A stretch of 63,809 bases of DNA, counting the filler, from Octopus bimaculoides (Eukaryota): assembly GCF_001194135.2 (NCBI RefSeq). It is 6 parts of 6 records of this genome, joined end to end, with 100 filler letters (N's around TTAATTAATTAA, not from the genome) between each part and the next. Parts side by side here need not be neighbours in the genome. Positions count along the whole stretch, not along the records: positions 1 to 25,152 come from NC_068990.1; 5 more parts are not named here. One strand, written 5' to 3'. Below are positions 1 through 11,827 of this stretch, in pieces (positions within the stretch are counted from its first letter, which is position 1; each line of letters starts with the position of its first letter). The notes below the pieces were generated by a model, which did no database searches, had not been told where the DNA came from, and saw only the letters and a list, made by a program, of their open reading frames with translations. Position numbers and translations under genes: made by a program.

Positions 1-702
1 ATATATATATATATATATATATATATAATCATGTATATATATATATATTATTTATTATTATCATTTAATTGAATGCCACGCATCCACATCCAAGTAAGTT
101 TATCTTCACCATTTTGATGCGACTCTACTCTATACTGTTTTCTTCCTCCATCCTTCTCTAATTCCCTCTTTTTCCTCTCCTTCTTTCACCATATTCTATC
201 TGTATGTCTGTCTCTGTCTCTCTCCCTCTTTCTCTTTTTCTTTCTCTCATTGCTCACACATGACCATTGTCCATCTTTCCTTCCCTCACATGACCATCTT
301 TCTTTTTCTGTACAGACGTTCAAAGGACTGGGCATTTTTTTCTATCTTTTCTCTTTTCAAAGAAAATATATCTCCCTGCATTCATTATTTTCCTCTCATT
401 CTGGTCTAATGTCCCTTTATATTTGTTTTCAATCAGTTTCTTTATATGTCTCCACTGTTCTGTTTTTGTTCCCAACTTTGACACTCCATAAATCCTAAAT
501 TTTATTTTAGAATTTATGGGAGCAGCTGTCTTTGAAGACTCTTATTGTCACTGAATGCTCGAAATGAGGAGTAGACATTTCTCTGTGTTTACTTGTCCTG
601 TTTTCCATTTTTTTTTGCCTCGTTTATGTAGTTAACTCATTTGTCTACATATTTTATGTTGTTTACACAGTTGGTGATGTCCTGTACCTATATATGTATG
701 CA

Positions 703-845
703 GACCAATAGAAAAAGTACTAGGCTTACAAATAATAAGTTCTAGGGTCGATTTGCTCAACTAAAGGTGATGCTCTAGCATGGCCACAGTCAAATGACTG
801 AAACAAATACAAGAATAAAAGAATAAAAGAATAAAAGAATATTAG
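703..845 (+). mobile_element. 3' part of bipartite tRNA-derived SINE with (AAAGAAT)n tail
   Basis: Matches the 3' halves at 23466-23598 and 29040-29150 and, inverted, 9951-10150 and 16081-16280 (GTACTAGGCTTACAAA...GCTCCAGCATGGCC..AGTCAAATGACTGAAACAA). Confidence 0.85.
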
Positions 846-853
846 AAATATAT

Positions 854-1576
854 ATATTTTTTACTATAGATACACAGTGTGCTGAAATGAGGAAAGCAAG
901 CTAACAGAATTTTTTTAAATTCCTTATTCCCAAATTGGACTGAATTCTGGATTAATCCACAAGGATTCTTCCTTCTTCAGTGAGAAACACGATTAGAAAT
1001 AAATACTCACATATACTCACATATACTCACAGAAAAAGCAGATGCAAAATCATGAGTACATTTAAGTACCCCAAATATATCCAAACAGAAATTCTGTAGC
1101 AAGCTTTTGCACTCTTATTTATGATTGCTTATGTTTTCACCTTGAAAGGTATTTTAATATGCTGGCCACTGATAAAATTTTTTTTGAAAAACATTTACTT
1201 CTAATATAAGGATAAAATTTTTTTTGAAAAATTTTATCTTTATATTAGAAGTAAATGCTTTTTCATTCACTTCGGGACTGCTAACTATTTAATGTGAGTT
1301 TTCCAGACCGTCTACATGTGTGCTGAGGCTTGCTACAGAATTTCTGTTTGGATATATTTGGGGTACTTAAATGTACTTATGACTTTGCATCAGTTTTTTT
1401 CCGTGGGTATATGTGAGTGTTCCATTTATTTCTAATTGTGTTTCTCGCTGAAGAACGAAGAATCTTTGTGGATTAATCCAGAAATCGGTCTGATTTGGGA
1501 ATAATGAATTTTTGTAAATTTTCTCTTAGCTTGCTTTCCTCATTTCAGCACACTGTGTATTTATAGTGAAAAATAT
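854..1576. mobile_element. Foldback/MITE-like element with ~250-bp inverted arms and an internal hairpin
   Basis: 854-1104 is the reverse complement of 1328-1576 with scattered mismatches. A second palindrome at 1186-1264 lies in the spacer. Confidence 0.8.
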
Positions 1577-1751
1577 TGTATGTGGTTAGACATTTTAAAG
1601 TCTATTTTTCAGCATATTGGCATAGAAAAGTTTTTTCTTTTCTCCTTATTTATAATTAGAAACATATATATGCTGTTGTGTCTGGGGAGAGTCATTTTCT
1701 TTTTGTGCCTTATAATTTAAATATATAAACATGTATATATATATATATATA

Positions 1752-1914
1752 TCATCATCATCATCATCGTTTAACGTCCGCTTTCCATGCTAGCATGGGT
1801 TGGACGATTTGACTGAGGACTGGTGAAACCGGATGGCAACACCAGGCTCCAGTCTGATTTGGCAGAGTTTCTACAGCTGGATGCCCTTCCTAACGCCAAC
1901 CACTCAGAGAGTGT

Positions 1915-1916
<2 letters not shown>
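1752..1916 (-). mobile_element. 5'-truncated 3' end of an RTE-type LINE or related SINE
   Basis: (CAT)n at 1752 is a (ATG)n tail on the minus strand, followed by a GC-richer body and bounded by (TA)n. Clade assignment is from recall. Confidence 0.65.
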
Positions 1917-1952
<36 letters not shown>

Positions 1953-2664
1953 CAAATGAAAGACAGAAGATGGAATATACGAGAATTTATTATTAATCAC
2001 AATTGTTTCAACACATCTAGCATCGATTCCTCTTGAGTGGGACACTCAACAACTGGTTCAGGAGCATCTGGTGGTGCAGATGTATCTCACCGGATGATAA
2101 ATAAACATCAGAATCATGACTGTTTATTTATATTTTCATGCTTATGTGTTATACATCTCTAACTCCCCTTACATCTCAACATATATGTCACAGTATTTCT
2201 TTGATTTTACATCTTTCAGTTTTCATACTTCCCTTTCTCCAGATTGTTCTGTATCACTGTCACTAATCACTAATCTATGTTAAGTTGTACATATTTTATT
2301 GAAGAAAAAACTATTGACAACACTCTATGAATATATCTTTTACTGCTGAGTAAGAAGTACATCAAGCTTGTGTGTTTGCCTAACTGGTGGATGATCAGGT
2401 GGTAGGCCACCTTGCTATGGTTATTGTTACAATAAGTTAAGTCATTTGCACTGCAGAACACCAGTAGCCTTGATGCTCCTTTATTCTGTGTACAACAGCT
2501 TCTATAGATTGAAACAGTCCACAAGACATATTGAAGAGATTGCTGTCATATGTTTTCATGATAATCTAATGATGGTCTCATAGAACAGTCACTTTTCTTC
2601 ACTAATTAGTTTCGATTATGCAGACATCACTGGTTCTGTCATATTCCCTGTGACTAATCTCTGT

Positions 2665-2892
2665 TTAACACTTTAGCATTCAGATTACTTTGTCAAATGT
2701 AATGCTTATTTATTCACATTCTTCAAAGTTAATCCTTTATTATCTCATAGCTTTGAGACTTCAAAGTTATGCTCACTTATTTTTAGAATGACATTGCAGG
2801 GAAGGTGTAAGAGGCTGGATCTGACCAGTTTGAAGATAAAATAGGTAGACTATTTAGGCTGGATAGAGCAGGTTTAAATGCTAAGGGGTTAA
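2665..2892. mobile_element. piggyBac-type MITE (TTAA target duplication)
   Basis: TTAA-CACTTTAGCATT ... AATGCTAAGGGG-TTAA termini. A diverged second copy lies at 8643-8864. Confidence 0.7.
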
Positions 2893-3104
2893 CTATTTTA
2901 TATCACATACTCTGACTACCTCATTTATTCAGGTATCCATTTTACTACCAATAAAATGCTTATTCCATCAACTATTTGCTATTTAGAAGAATTTGTACCT
3001 GTATTCCTTATTTGTAAAGAGTTTGGCTTCCCATTACCTTGATACAATACACATCTACTTACTTTTTCTTTCACTACTCACTTTCTCTCCAGACATATCT
3101 TTCA

Positions 3105-3202
3105 TCATACAAATGTTGATGTGGCAGCCCTGAAGTTTTGCACCTCATAGAGTGAGAGGAGTTTCTGGTGGTGTTTAGATTTTTGCTGTCTATTTTCTGC
3201 AC
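3105..3202 (-). CDS. Candidate terminal coding exon, ...AENRQQKSKHHQKLLSLYEVQNFRAATSTFV*
   Basis: Acceptor tcttcttcctttcag|GT at 3203-3205. After 2 nt, 31 sense codons run to tandem TGA TGA. Non-repetitive sequence; no homologue recognised. Confidence 0.35.
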
Positions 3203-3379
3203 CTGAAAGGAAGAAGATTAGTGCAATTATCTGATAATAATCAATGAGTGTTTTTTTTTTTTCACATGAAAATCTATTGGCCATTATAGATCTTGTATCT
3301 CTCTAGATCTTTACAGCTTTTGCACACATATATCAGCTACTTCTTATTGTACTTTAACATCAAGTTGTTTGAGTCAAAT

Positions 3380-4080
3380 ATGCTCCTGTGGAAAATTGTT
3401 TTTGTTGAAAATATTTTTATGGGAGATATTTCTGTAGAAACTGTTCATGTGGAAGGTAAATTTGTTTATGACAGTTATGTGAAAAATAATTTTTATGGGA
3501 AATATTTCTGTTGAAGATGTTTATGCGGAGTATATTTCTGTAAAATCTATGTTTATGTGGAAGATTAATTTATATACAACAGTTACATGAAAAATAATTT
3601 CTATGGGAAATATTTATCAGAAAATATTTGCATTTCCATGGGAAATATTTTATAGAAAATATTTATATAAAATAGCTTTAGATTTATGTGGAAATATGTC
3701 TTTAAAGAATATATTTTGGGGGAAGGGAAAGATATTTGTGAATAATGAGATTCATGTAAATGCTTCTTTGGGGAGATATTTGTGTGGCAAATACTTTTTA
3801 CTAAGCATTCTTTTGTTAGTTTTTCTGTGAAAGTTGAACATGTGAAAAATGAAACTGTAAAAATAACCTGAATGCAAAATAATTATTTTTAGAGTTGCTT
3901 ATGTGGAAATGTTTTTGTGGGAAATATTTCTATAAAACAATTTCATATAAAAAACTGTTTGGGAGAAGATAAGGAGTATATTTTGGTAAAATATATTTTT
4001 GTAAAATATATCTGCAGAAGCTATATATATGAAGATAATTCTGTTAAAGATGTATCTGTGGAAGAAATTTCAGAGAAATT
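3380..4080. repeat. Degenerate short-period tandem repeat (~12-nt motif ATATTTATGTGGAA-like) with a ~108-bp higher-order duplication
   Basis: Recurring TGTGGAA/GGAAATATTT motifs. The block near 3449-3508 recurs near 3556-3616. Confidence 0.6.
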
Positions 4081-5897
4081 TCTACATGGTTGCTTGATTC
4101 GCAAGAAATAAAAGTAAAATCTCTCTGAAATTACAACTGACTATGTTAAAGACAGAAAACAACATGGACTAAGTAGTTCTAGATACGCTTTCTGAATATA
4201 AAAAAAAAATGCAAGGTCAAAAGTATTCTAGCAATGACCATAGATCTGCTTGATCAGAACCTACAAGGGTCTAAACTAAAATAAGATGAGTGGAAATATT
4301 TTTTGAGCGCCAAAATATCATTCTTTGTACAAATGATATTTGTGAATAAAATAAAATAAAAACGAAAAAGTTGAACTTAATATAACAATATCAAATAATG
4401 GCTTCAATTTACAGTAAATATACTTGTAGTCATACAGAAATTCTTGAAGTGGTTTCTTTATTTCAAATCTTAATCTTGCCCTATACTATGTTTGTTTGCC
4501 ATTTTCTTTCACAAAGGAATTGGTCTGATTTCTACTCTATTGTGAGCTTCTTCCGCTTCTCTGGAATAATCACAGAATTATCATGGAAATGGAATTATCT
4601 GCTGAAATGTCATGTAATAAGCAAACTACAAAGAAGACGGAAATAAATAAATTGGAAAATAACAAAGAACAGTCTAGAAACTTTTATTTCTAATTTTGAA
4701 ACTACTTTATCGAGATACAAGTTTCTTTTGATAAGGTACTAATGCTTCGTTATTAAAGAAAGAGAAATGAGATGTTTTGATGTTCATGCATTTCCTAAAG
4801 AACTTAACAAGAACTATAATTTGTTTCTTATTTCCTGATCTGTTGTTCCTAATAGTTCTCTCAAAGTGGTGAATTTGCAAAGTTGTTAAAACATCTGACA
4901 AAATTCCTTGTAGTATTTGCATTTTAAGTTCAAATCCTACTAAGGTCATCTTTACCTTTTGTCCTTCCAGGCATTGATAAATAAAGTACCAATCAGTGTA
5001 ATGGACTGGCAGAAATGTTAGAGCATCATACGGGATTCCTTGCAGTATATATCCTAGCTTTTTGTGTTCAGTGTTCAAATCCTGCTGCGGCTTACTTAGA
5101 TGATAAACCAAATAAACCTTAGATGCCTTTTGCTGAGTGCACTCTGTTGCAAGCATACAAGCAAGTTCTCCAGTTTATGAATACATTACTCCCTCCATCC
5201 TTCCTTCCCACAGACTCAGAGGCCCTGGAAGGTGTTCTGGGTATTGCCCTTCCAGTCTGACTAAGAAATAAAAAGGCATCATTACAACAAGAGCCCGTTG
5301 CAAGATTTATTTTAGCCTTGCCTATGGTTTTTTCAAGGGTGCCTCCACACTAAGAATTTGTTGCTAATTTCAAGATTTTGCTTTCCAACTTCCCTCAGGC
5401 CTGAGAAAAGACATACTTAAATCAACAATACCAGCAAAATTTATGATACAATATCATCTGGCTTGCGAGGATTAGTAGCCAAATCTCCTTGATATCATGC
5501 CCTATCATCTTAAAAAAGGACATTGGATAATGTATTCATTGGCTAGATAGGATGGCTAACTTGGTCTAGGCATGGCTGTGTAGTAAAAGCGTTTGCTTTG
5601 CAATGACATGGTTCCAGGTTCAATCCAAGTGCATGATTCCTTAAGTAAGTGTTTTTATCATAGTCTTGACCAGTGCTCTGAGCAGAATTGATGAACAGGA
5701 ACTGGTTCCACTGCTTACAATGGTGGTTTTTACATACAGAGGAAATATATGTACACGTGGTTATATGAACTGGACCATTTAATTGTTAAGCATCTTGGCC
5801 ATGAATACAGTGTAATGCTCATGATTGAATGTGAACCCAAATACCTTACTAACATAACTCTTGAGAATTCCTCTATATTAGACATGGGTAACCTTTT

Positions 5898-5975
5898 TTT
5901 TTCTTTTGAGAAGTCCACCTGAAACAGCTTATCAATGGGTGGGCTGTGTCTCAGATGGACTTCTCAAAAGAAAAA
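5898..5975. other. ~30-bp stem hairpin, pre-miRNA-sized
   Basis: TTTTTCTTTTGAGAAGTCCACCTGAAACAGC pairs with GCTGTGTCTCAGATGGACTTCTCAAAAGAAAAA across a ~14-nt loop. Confidence 0.6.
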
Positions 5976-8642
5976 TGTAACCTCTGCCTAATTGGTGGGC
6001 TCCACTAATGAGAATATTCAAATCATTTTTTCATTAGGTGAGCCATTTGGAAAGCCTCATGACCATATGTTGCCCATGATTGATCTACATCGTTACACTA
6101 TCTGTTAGAAATAGCAACTTGATTTCCCTTAAATTACTCTCCAATGGCTTTATATAAGGAAGGATGTATTGAATAGTGTAACCTGATGATCATACATAGA
6201 ATACCTTTGATCAGAGGTTGGCTCAACTTAGGCTAGCCTGAGTGATCTGAGGTTAAACTACAACAACTCTATTTTCAAAACACCCTCTATCTATTCTGAC
6301 AGAATATAAAAATACTTCACACTTCATCTTTGAAATCTATCAGTCTTAATTCAGCTGTCAACCATCAGAGATCAACAGAAAATTGAATTTAATCATATTT
6401 GTAAATTTTTAACATTGTTTCATAAAGATTATAAATTGTATTCTGTAGGAAATGTCCATTATAATTTGTTTCTCCTTGATTGGTCATCTTAGCAGATAGC
6501 TTTTGTTTCAGATTTCCATCTTAGCATCCAGAATATTTGACAGAAAACAATCTACAAATAACAAACTTTTATTGAATTTTTTTTTTGTATTTTATTTTGT
6601 TTTATCCTGTTTTATTATATTTCAAATTATTGACAATCTGCAAGACCATAAACGTATATTTTAATGGAACATATTAAAATTGTATAATTCTTCACAAATA
6701 TTGCTACAAATCGGCAGTCATCGTTAAAGCATTTGATGAAATAGCTTGGGTATTTATTCCACATTCTGGAATAAATTCTGAGTTCAAATTCATCTGAAGT
6801 CAAATTTACCTTACATCTTTCTAGAATTGATGAATAAATTGCCATTTTAAGGCAGAGGCTTGGAGAAATTTTTAGAGCAGCCCCCAGGATGCCTTGTGGT
6901 ATTTTTTCTTGTTATTTACATTCTGTGTTCAAACTCCACCATGGCCTACCTGGCTGATAGATTTAATCTGGCATGCAGTTTAACACTTGATTTGGATCAC
7001 TTTAAAACAGAAAATTTGTACCATAGAACCGGTGTTAGTTGCAGACACGTTGGCATCAAAATGGTTTAGAGCCAGTTCTATAGACTTTTGTTTCTTGTTT
7101 CTGTTTTAGCACTAGGCTATATACACTCAACTCAACTTGCAGGCTAGGATAATTAATGTAATTCAGTGAGTAACTAAATATCTGTAGTGAAATGAACTTT
7201 CGATTTACATCACGTTTGCATAATGACAGTAGGCATGGTGAAAATTAACAATTTCATGATAAAATTTATTTTAAAACATAAGTTCTTTCACTTATTTTTT
7301 TCACATATTAATTCTAATATACATAAAGAACTATTATTGTACAAATTTAAAATTGCACAAGGACTTTAAAATGACTCTGTATCATCTGCATGATAAAATC
7401 TCATATTTGTTAGTAACGTATTTGATAGTTCATATTTATGTATTAACAAAGGAGCTTTGATGTGGTCATTTGACCTGCGAGACATAAAAGATGAATCTCA
7501 AAAGTTCATATCCTACTGTTTTAAAAAGATCAGAAAATATAGTCCATAGGACATTTTGCCTGAAAAAGGGATATATATTGGATCAGGACCTATTTGAGTC
7601 TTGAGAACAATAATGTTCCTGCTCTGATCTTGGCCAAACAAAACATGAACATATTACTCTGAAAGAGATAGAAAAACTGTCCAACATAATCACACTTCAA
7701 CAAAACTATTGATAGGAATCAAAATTTACTTGTTTTCATTACAAAATTTAGTTCCAAATTGTAGATAGTCTTGAATTTGAAATTAATATTACCTTAATTA
7801 CAGAGACAATCAGTGACCCAAACTGACTGTCACTGACTGTCATGACACAAAGCTTCTTATGTTACAAAGCTTCTCATTTTGAAATATTCATTTTAAATTA
7901 AAACTTTCTGTAAGAGCAATGAGCTGGAAGAATTATTGCCATGTTGGAAGAAGTACTTAGCAGTATTTCTTCCAATTTTACATTTGGAGTTCAAATGCTG
8001 CTGGAGTCAACTTAGCCTTTCATCCTTTCAGAGTCGATAAAATGTCAGTGCCAGTTGAGCATTGGGGTCTGTGTAACTGATGTGCATCCCCTCCATACAC
8101 TCATAATTGCTGACCCTGTGCCAAAATTTAAAACCAAATTAAATCTTTTTAACATAGCTTCAGGTAAGCAACTTTAGTTACATTTCAAACACCAAGTTAG
8201 ATATTTTATTAAATTCATCTAAATTCTTGATTATTTTCAAAATTGATTGAGATATATATAAACAGGGTATTTTATTAGATGTCTTTGTCAAGTCATTAAA
8301 CTTTATCCAGTGGTGAGGTCCCAGCTTGCGAGTTCAAGAGTTTTGAGGAGTATGGAGTGATTTGCTCTTGCCTGGGGTGGTAATATTTGTCCAGAGCCTC
8401 AATTATTGCTCAAACAGAAGAAGATGATCCGGTGGCAAAAGACTGAGACTTGGAGAAAGGCTGGCTCCTAGACATGAGTCACATGTGCCCACCAGTGTGC
8501 AGATATATACCCTGATGTCGCATTAACCAATCCCTTTGCCTAAGAGTAATCTGACAAGAGAAAGAGACTTGGAAACCAGCAGAATAAACTGTAAATAAAC
8601 TACTGTTGTCTCTTGTTGCCTTCAGTTGGCTTATTAATTTCT

Positions 8643-8864
8643 TTCACCCTTTAGTGTTCAGATTACTCTGTTAAATGTACTGCTTTATTTACTCATATCA
8701 CTTTGAATTAACCAGCATTATCTCAAAGCTTTGAGGTTTCAGTGATATGATGGTTTATTTTTAGAGTGTAGAGTAGATGTGAGAGGCTAGATATGGCCAG
8801 TTTCAATGTAAAGCAGGTAGAATATTTGAGCTGGATATGGCTGGTTCAAATGCTAAAGAGTTAA
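8643..8864. mobile_element. piggyBac-type MITE, second copy
   Basis: Collinear similarity to 2665-2892; ends CCCTTTAG...AATGCTAAAGAG-TTAA. Confidence 0.65.
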
Positions 8865-9437
8865 ATTCAGTTTGTAACTGCATTTATTTCTCTAAATAGA
8901 AATGAAATTACAAAGCTGTTAGTATTTAGAGAAGGAGGTCAATAAAAGCTAAACCGTTTACTCCCAATATTTTCATATCCTAGAAAGTACAAGATCTATT
9001 TCTTGTTTTTTTTTTTTTTCTGTCTTTAAGAAGCCTAACGTCAATTAAAGGAATGGCTAGAGAGAACTAATAGAATTTATTGTCAGGAGTACTGCTCAGA
9101 TAAATCAAAATGTCCAAGGCAGAGAGAGATGCAAATATTTTCCAACTGTAATATTTTTAAGCTGTGATGTTGATATGGAATGGAAACTTAACTTTGAATA
9201 ATTTATGGGTGGCAGATATGGATGTGTTGTTAAGGAGTTTGCTTCACAACCACATGGTTCTGGGCTCCATTCTAGTGTGTGGGACCTTGAAGAAGATTTT
9301 TCTATCATAATGTCAAGCTGACTAGTGCTACATGGGTGGAATTTGTCATATAATTATCCATCAGTTATATATATGTCTATCTATCTATCTGTCTGTTTGT
9401 CTATTTATACATATTTACATACATATATGTGTGTGTG

Positions 9438-9492
<55 letters not shown>

Positions 9493-9494
<2 letters not shown>

Positions 9495-9933
9495 AGTGAA
9501 AGCATTTGATGCAAGCAGGGCTCAAGAGATATTTAAGGAAAAATGTAAAGACTGAGGTGAATGACAAGGACCTTTTTGTGTGCACAGTCTGTGACAGACC
9601 ATGTCTGTCCTTGGCTGGCCTCAAATCTCACCTGCGAACCCATGGAAAACAAACCTCATCCAGCTATTCTGATTATATGTTTGTGCACACGTTTGAATGT
9701 GATGTGTGCCAGAGGGTTTGCAAATCCAATGGGGGTCTTAAAAGACATGTTAGGATCCACAATGAGCAGAACTTACTTGCAGGTATTGGTAGTGCAAATC
9801 AGAGGTGCAATCTGTGTGGGTGTTTTTTCAAAACACTGTCTGGTTTAAAAAGCCATATCAGACGCCATGAAAGGGCTAAGGTGTAGGTGCAGGAGGTGGT
9901 CAAACTCTGTTTAAGGAGTAGACAACCACCACC
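9493..9933 (+). mobile_element. 3' end of a LINE (RTE/CR1-Zenon type) whose ORF ends in three C2H2 zinc fingers
   Basis: ORF 9506-9886 has three C-x2-C-x12-H-x3-H motifs (9581-9643, 9698-9760, 9806-9868) with 18- and 15-aa non-TGEKP linkers. It is preceded by a frameshifted [15 protein letters not shown], as at LINE ORF C-termini. Short 3' UTR, starts abruptly at (TA)n, and has a second copy at 24631-24966. Confidence 0.75.
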
Positions 9934-9950
9934 ATATATATATATGTATA

Positions 9951-10355
9951 TATTCTTTTGTCTTTTTACTTGTTTAAGTCATTTAACTGCAGCCAGGTTG
10001 GAGCACCACCTTTAGTCAAACAAGTCAACCCCAGAATTTATTTTTTGTAAGCCTAGTACTTATTCTATCAGGCTCTTTTGCTGAACCGCTAAGTTACAGG
10101 GATTTAAACACACCAACATCAGTTGTCAGGTGATGGTGGGAGGACAAATACAGACATGTAAATACATAAAGATATATATATATATATATACATGTGACAA
10201 GATTCTTTCAGTTTCTGTCTACCGAATCCACTGACCAGGCTTTGGTCAGCCTGAGGTTATAGTAGATGACACTTGTCCAATGTGCCATGCAGTAGGAATG
10301 AAACCAGAGCCATGTGGTTGGGAAGCAAGCTTCTTACCACACAGCCACTCCTGTG
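9951..10355 (-). mobile_element. Full bipartite tRNA-derived SINE with internal microsatellite
   Basis: Head GGAGTGGCTGTGTGGTAAG...GGTTTCATTCC, internal TA tract at about 10152-10194, and the same tail as 703-845. Confidence 0.85.
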
Positions 10356-10357
10356 TC

Positions 10358-10416
<59 letters not shown>

Positions 10417-10847
10417 TTACGTACACATACACACACACACATGCTGTCACCATCATTATTTTATGTGCTGGCATGGGCAGGGTACATTACCACAGTTTGA
10501 GTCAGCCCATATTTAGGGATGCTGCTCATTTAGATGTCAAAGTAAGATTCATTGAAAGCTTGTCACTAAGAGAATATTACTTTGATATAAAACACAGTGT
10601 ATAGGGAATGGTATCCCTAATTTTGAGAATTTTCTTCTTCTGCTGATATTCATGATGCTGCCACAGTTCCAAGCCAGCAATCTTTATTGAAATCAGTTCT
10701 TTGCCTCAATTTTTCTCTGAATCATTTCAATAGGGTAAAGAAGTTGCAAACCATATTGGACATAAAATCCCATGCCACTATTACTGACTTTAGCTGGTGA
10801 TATGCTCTTTTGACGCAAGTAAACAGCCATCACACACAAATGCATAA

Positions 10848-10878
<31 letters not shown>

Positions 10879-10974
10879 CTAACACACAACTTAGATAGGA
10901 TTTTGGTAATCATTGACCAAGGCCATGCCTAACTTAATAGTACCATGTGTGCTTACATAAGTGAAAAGTCATGC

Positions 10975-11216
10975 AGGCACGTTGTTTAGTGGTTAGAGTG
11001 TTGGACTCATGATTGGAAGATTGTGGTTTTGTTTCCTAGACCGGGCAACGTGTTGTGTTCCTGAGCAAAATACTTCATTTCATGTTACTCCAGTTCACTT
11101 AACTGGCAAAAATGAATAATCGTGCAACAGACCAGTGTCCTGTCAAACTGGGAAATTTATATGCCGCGAAACCAGGAAACCAGCCCTTGTCAGTCGGCAT
11201 GATTTGAGAAGGTAAC
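10975..11216 (+). mobile_element. tRNA-derived SINE, second head/core family
   Basis: AGGCACGTTGTTTAGTGGTTAGAGTGTTGGACTC tRNA-like head plus TTGTGTTCCTGAGCAAAATACTTCATTTC core. An inverted relative lies at about 18530-18742. Confidence 0.75.
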
Positions 11217-11220
11217 TTTG

Positions 11221-11428
11221 GCTAACTGGCAGAATTGTTAGCACACTGGACAACATGTTAGGGGCATTTTGTCCGTTTTTACATTCTGAGTTGAAATTCT
11301 GCTAAGGTCAACTTTGCCTTTCAACCCATTCAAGGCTAATGAAACAAGTACCAGCTGAACACTAAGGTTGATGCAATTGACAAGCCCTCTTCCCCAAAAT
11401 TTCAAGCCTCGTACTTAGAGTAGAAAGG
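11221..11428 (+). mobile_element. SINE, third family (GGCAGAATTGTTAGCAC...GAGTTCAAAT...TTTGCCTTTCATCC type)
   Basis: The same motif recurs many times, e.g. about 4880-4990, 7920-8080, 18340-18400, 35500-36015, 37210-37370, 40750-40815 and 51070-51240. Confidence 0.8.
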
Positions 11429-11441
11429 ATATATATATACA

Positions 11442-11664
11442 TACAAGGATGTGCTGATAAGTTTCTGGCTTTAAGGGCATCATGAAAGGCCTGGTTGCAG
11501 GTCCAACCTTCCAAGTTCTTTTACAGGGCTTAGAAAAACTGAAGGACCACTACAATAAGTGATTGAATCTGAGAGAGGGAATATGTTAAATAAAATCATA
11601 GTTAACTGATCCCTTTGTATTTTCTTTTACCCTAAGCCAGGAGCTTTTCAGTGCCCCTTGTGTA
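11442..11664 (+). mobile_element. Mariner-derived MITE retaining the transposase C-terminus
   Basis: TA-flanked imperfect ~28-bp TIRs (CAAGGATGTGCTGATAAGTTTCTGGCTT / AAGCCAGGAGCTTTTCAGTGCCCCTTG). The interior reads LQGLEKLKDHYNK*LNLR, like the mariner GIEKL..RW.KC...G.Y terminus. Confidence 0.75.
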
Positions 11665-11790
11665 TTTAGAAAAAGAAAAGGAAAATATAGAAAGTTTCTA
11701 ATAATGCAGAAAGTTTTACAAAAAGATTTATATTTCATACATATGTATGTACATACATAAGTATGTACATACATACGTACGTACATACAT

Positions 11791-11827
<37 letters not shown>

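Noticed and set aside
497-690. Possible very old hammerhead element (TTGAAGA...TCGAAAT); similar traces near 1995-2045
   Set aside because: Stems cannot be reconstructed with confidence.
4707-5156. 149-aa minus-strand ORF
   Set aside because: It is antisense to two plus-strand SINE remnants and has no recognisable domain.
5186-5262. Strong plus-strand acceptor followed by DSEALEGVLGIALPV*
   Set aside because: All frames stop within about 20 codons, with no homology and no supporting neighbour exon.
9506-9886. Standalone host C2H2 transcription factor gene
   Set aside because: No TGEKP linkers, a frameshifted LINE-like upstream motif, an abrupt start at (TA)n and a decayed second copy all point to a retroelement tail.
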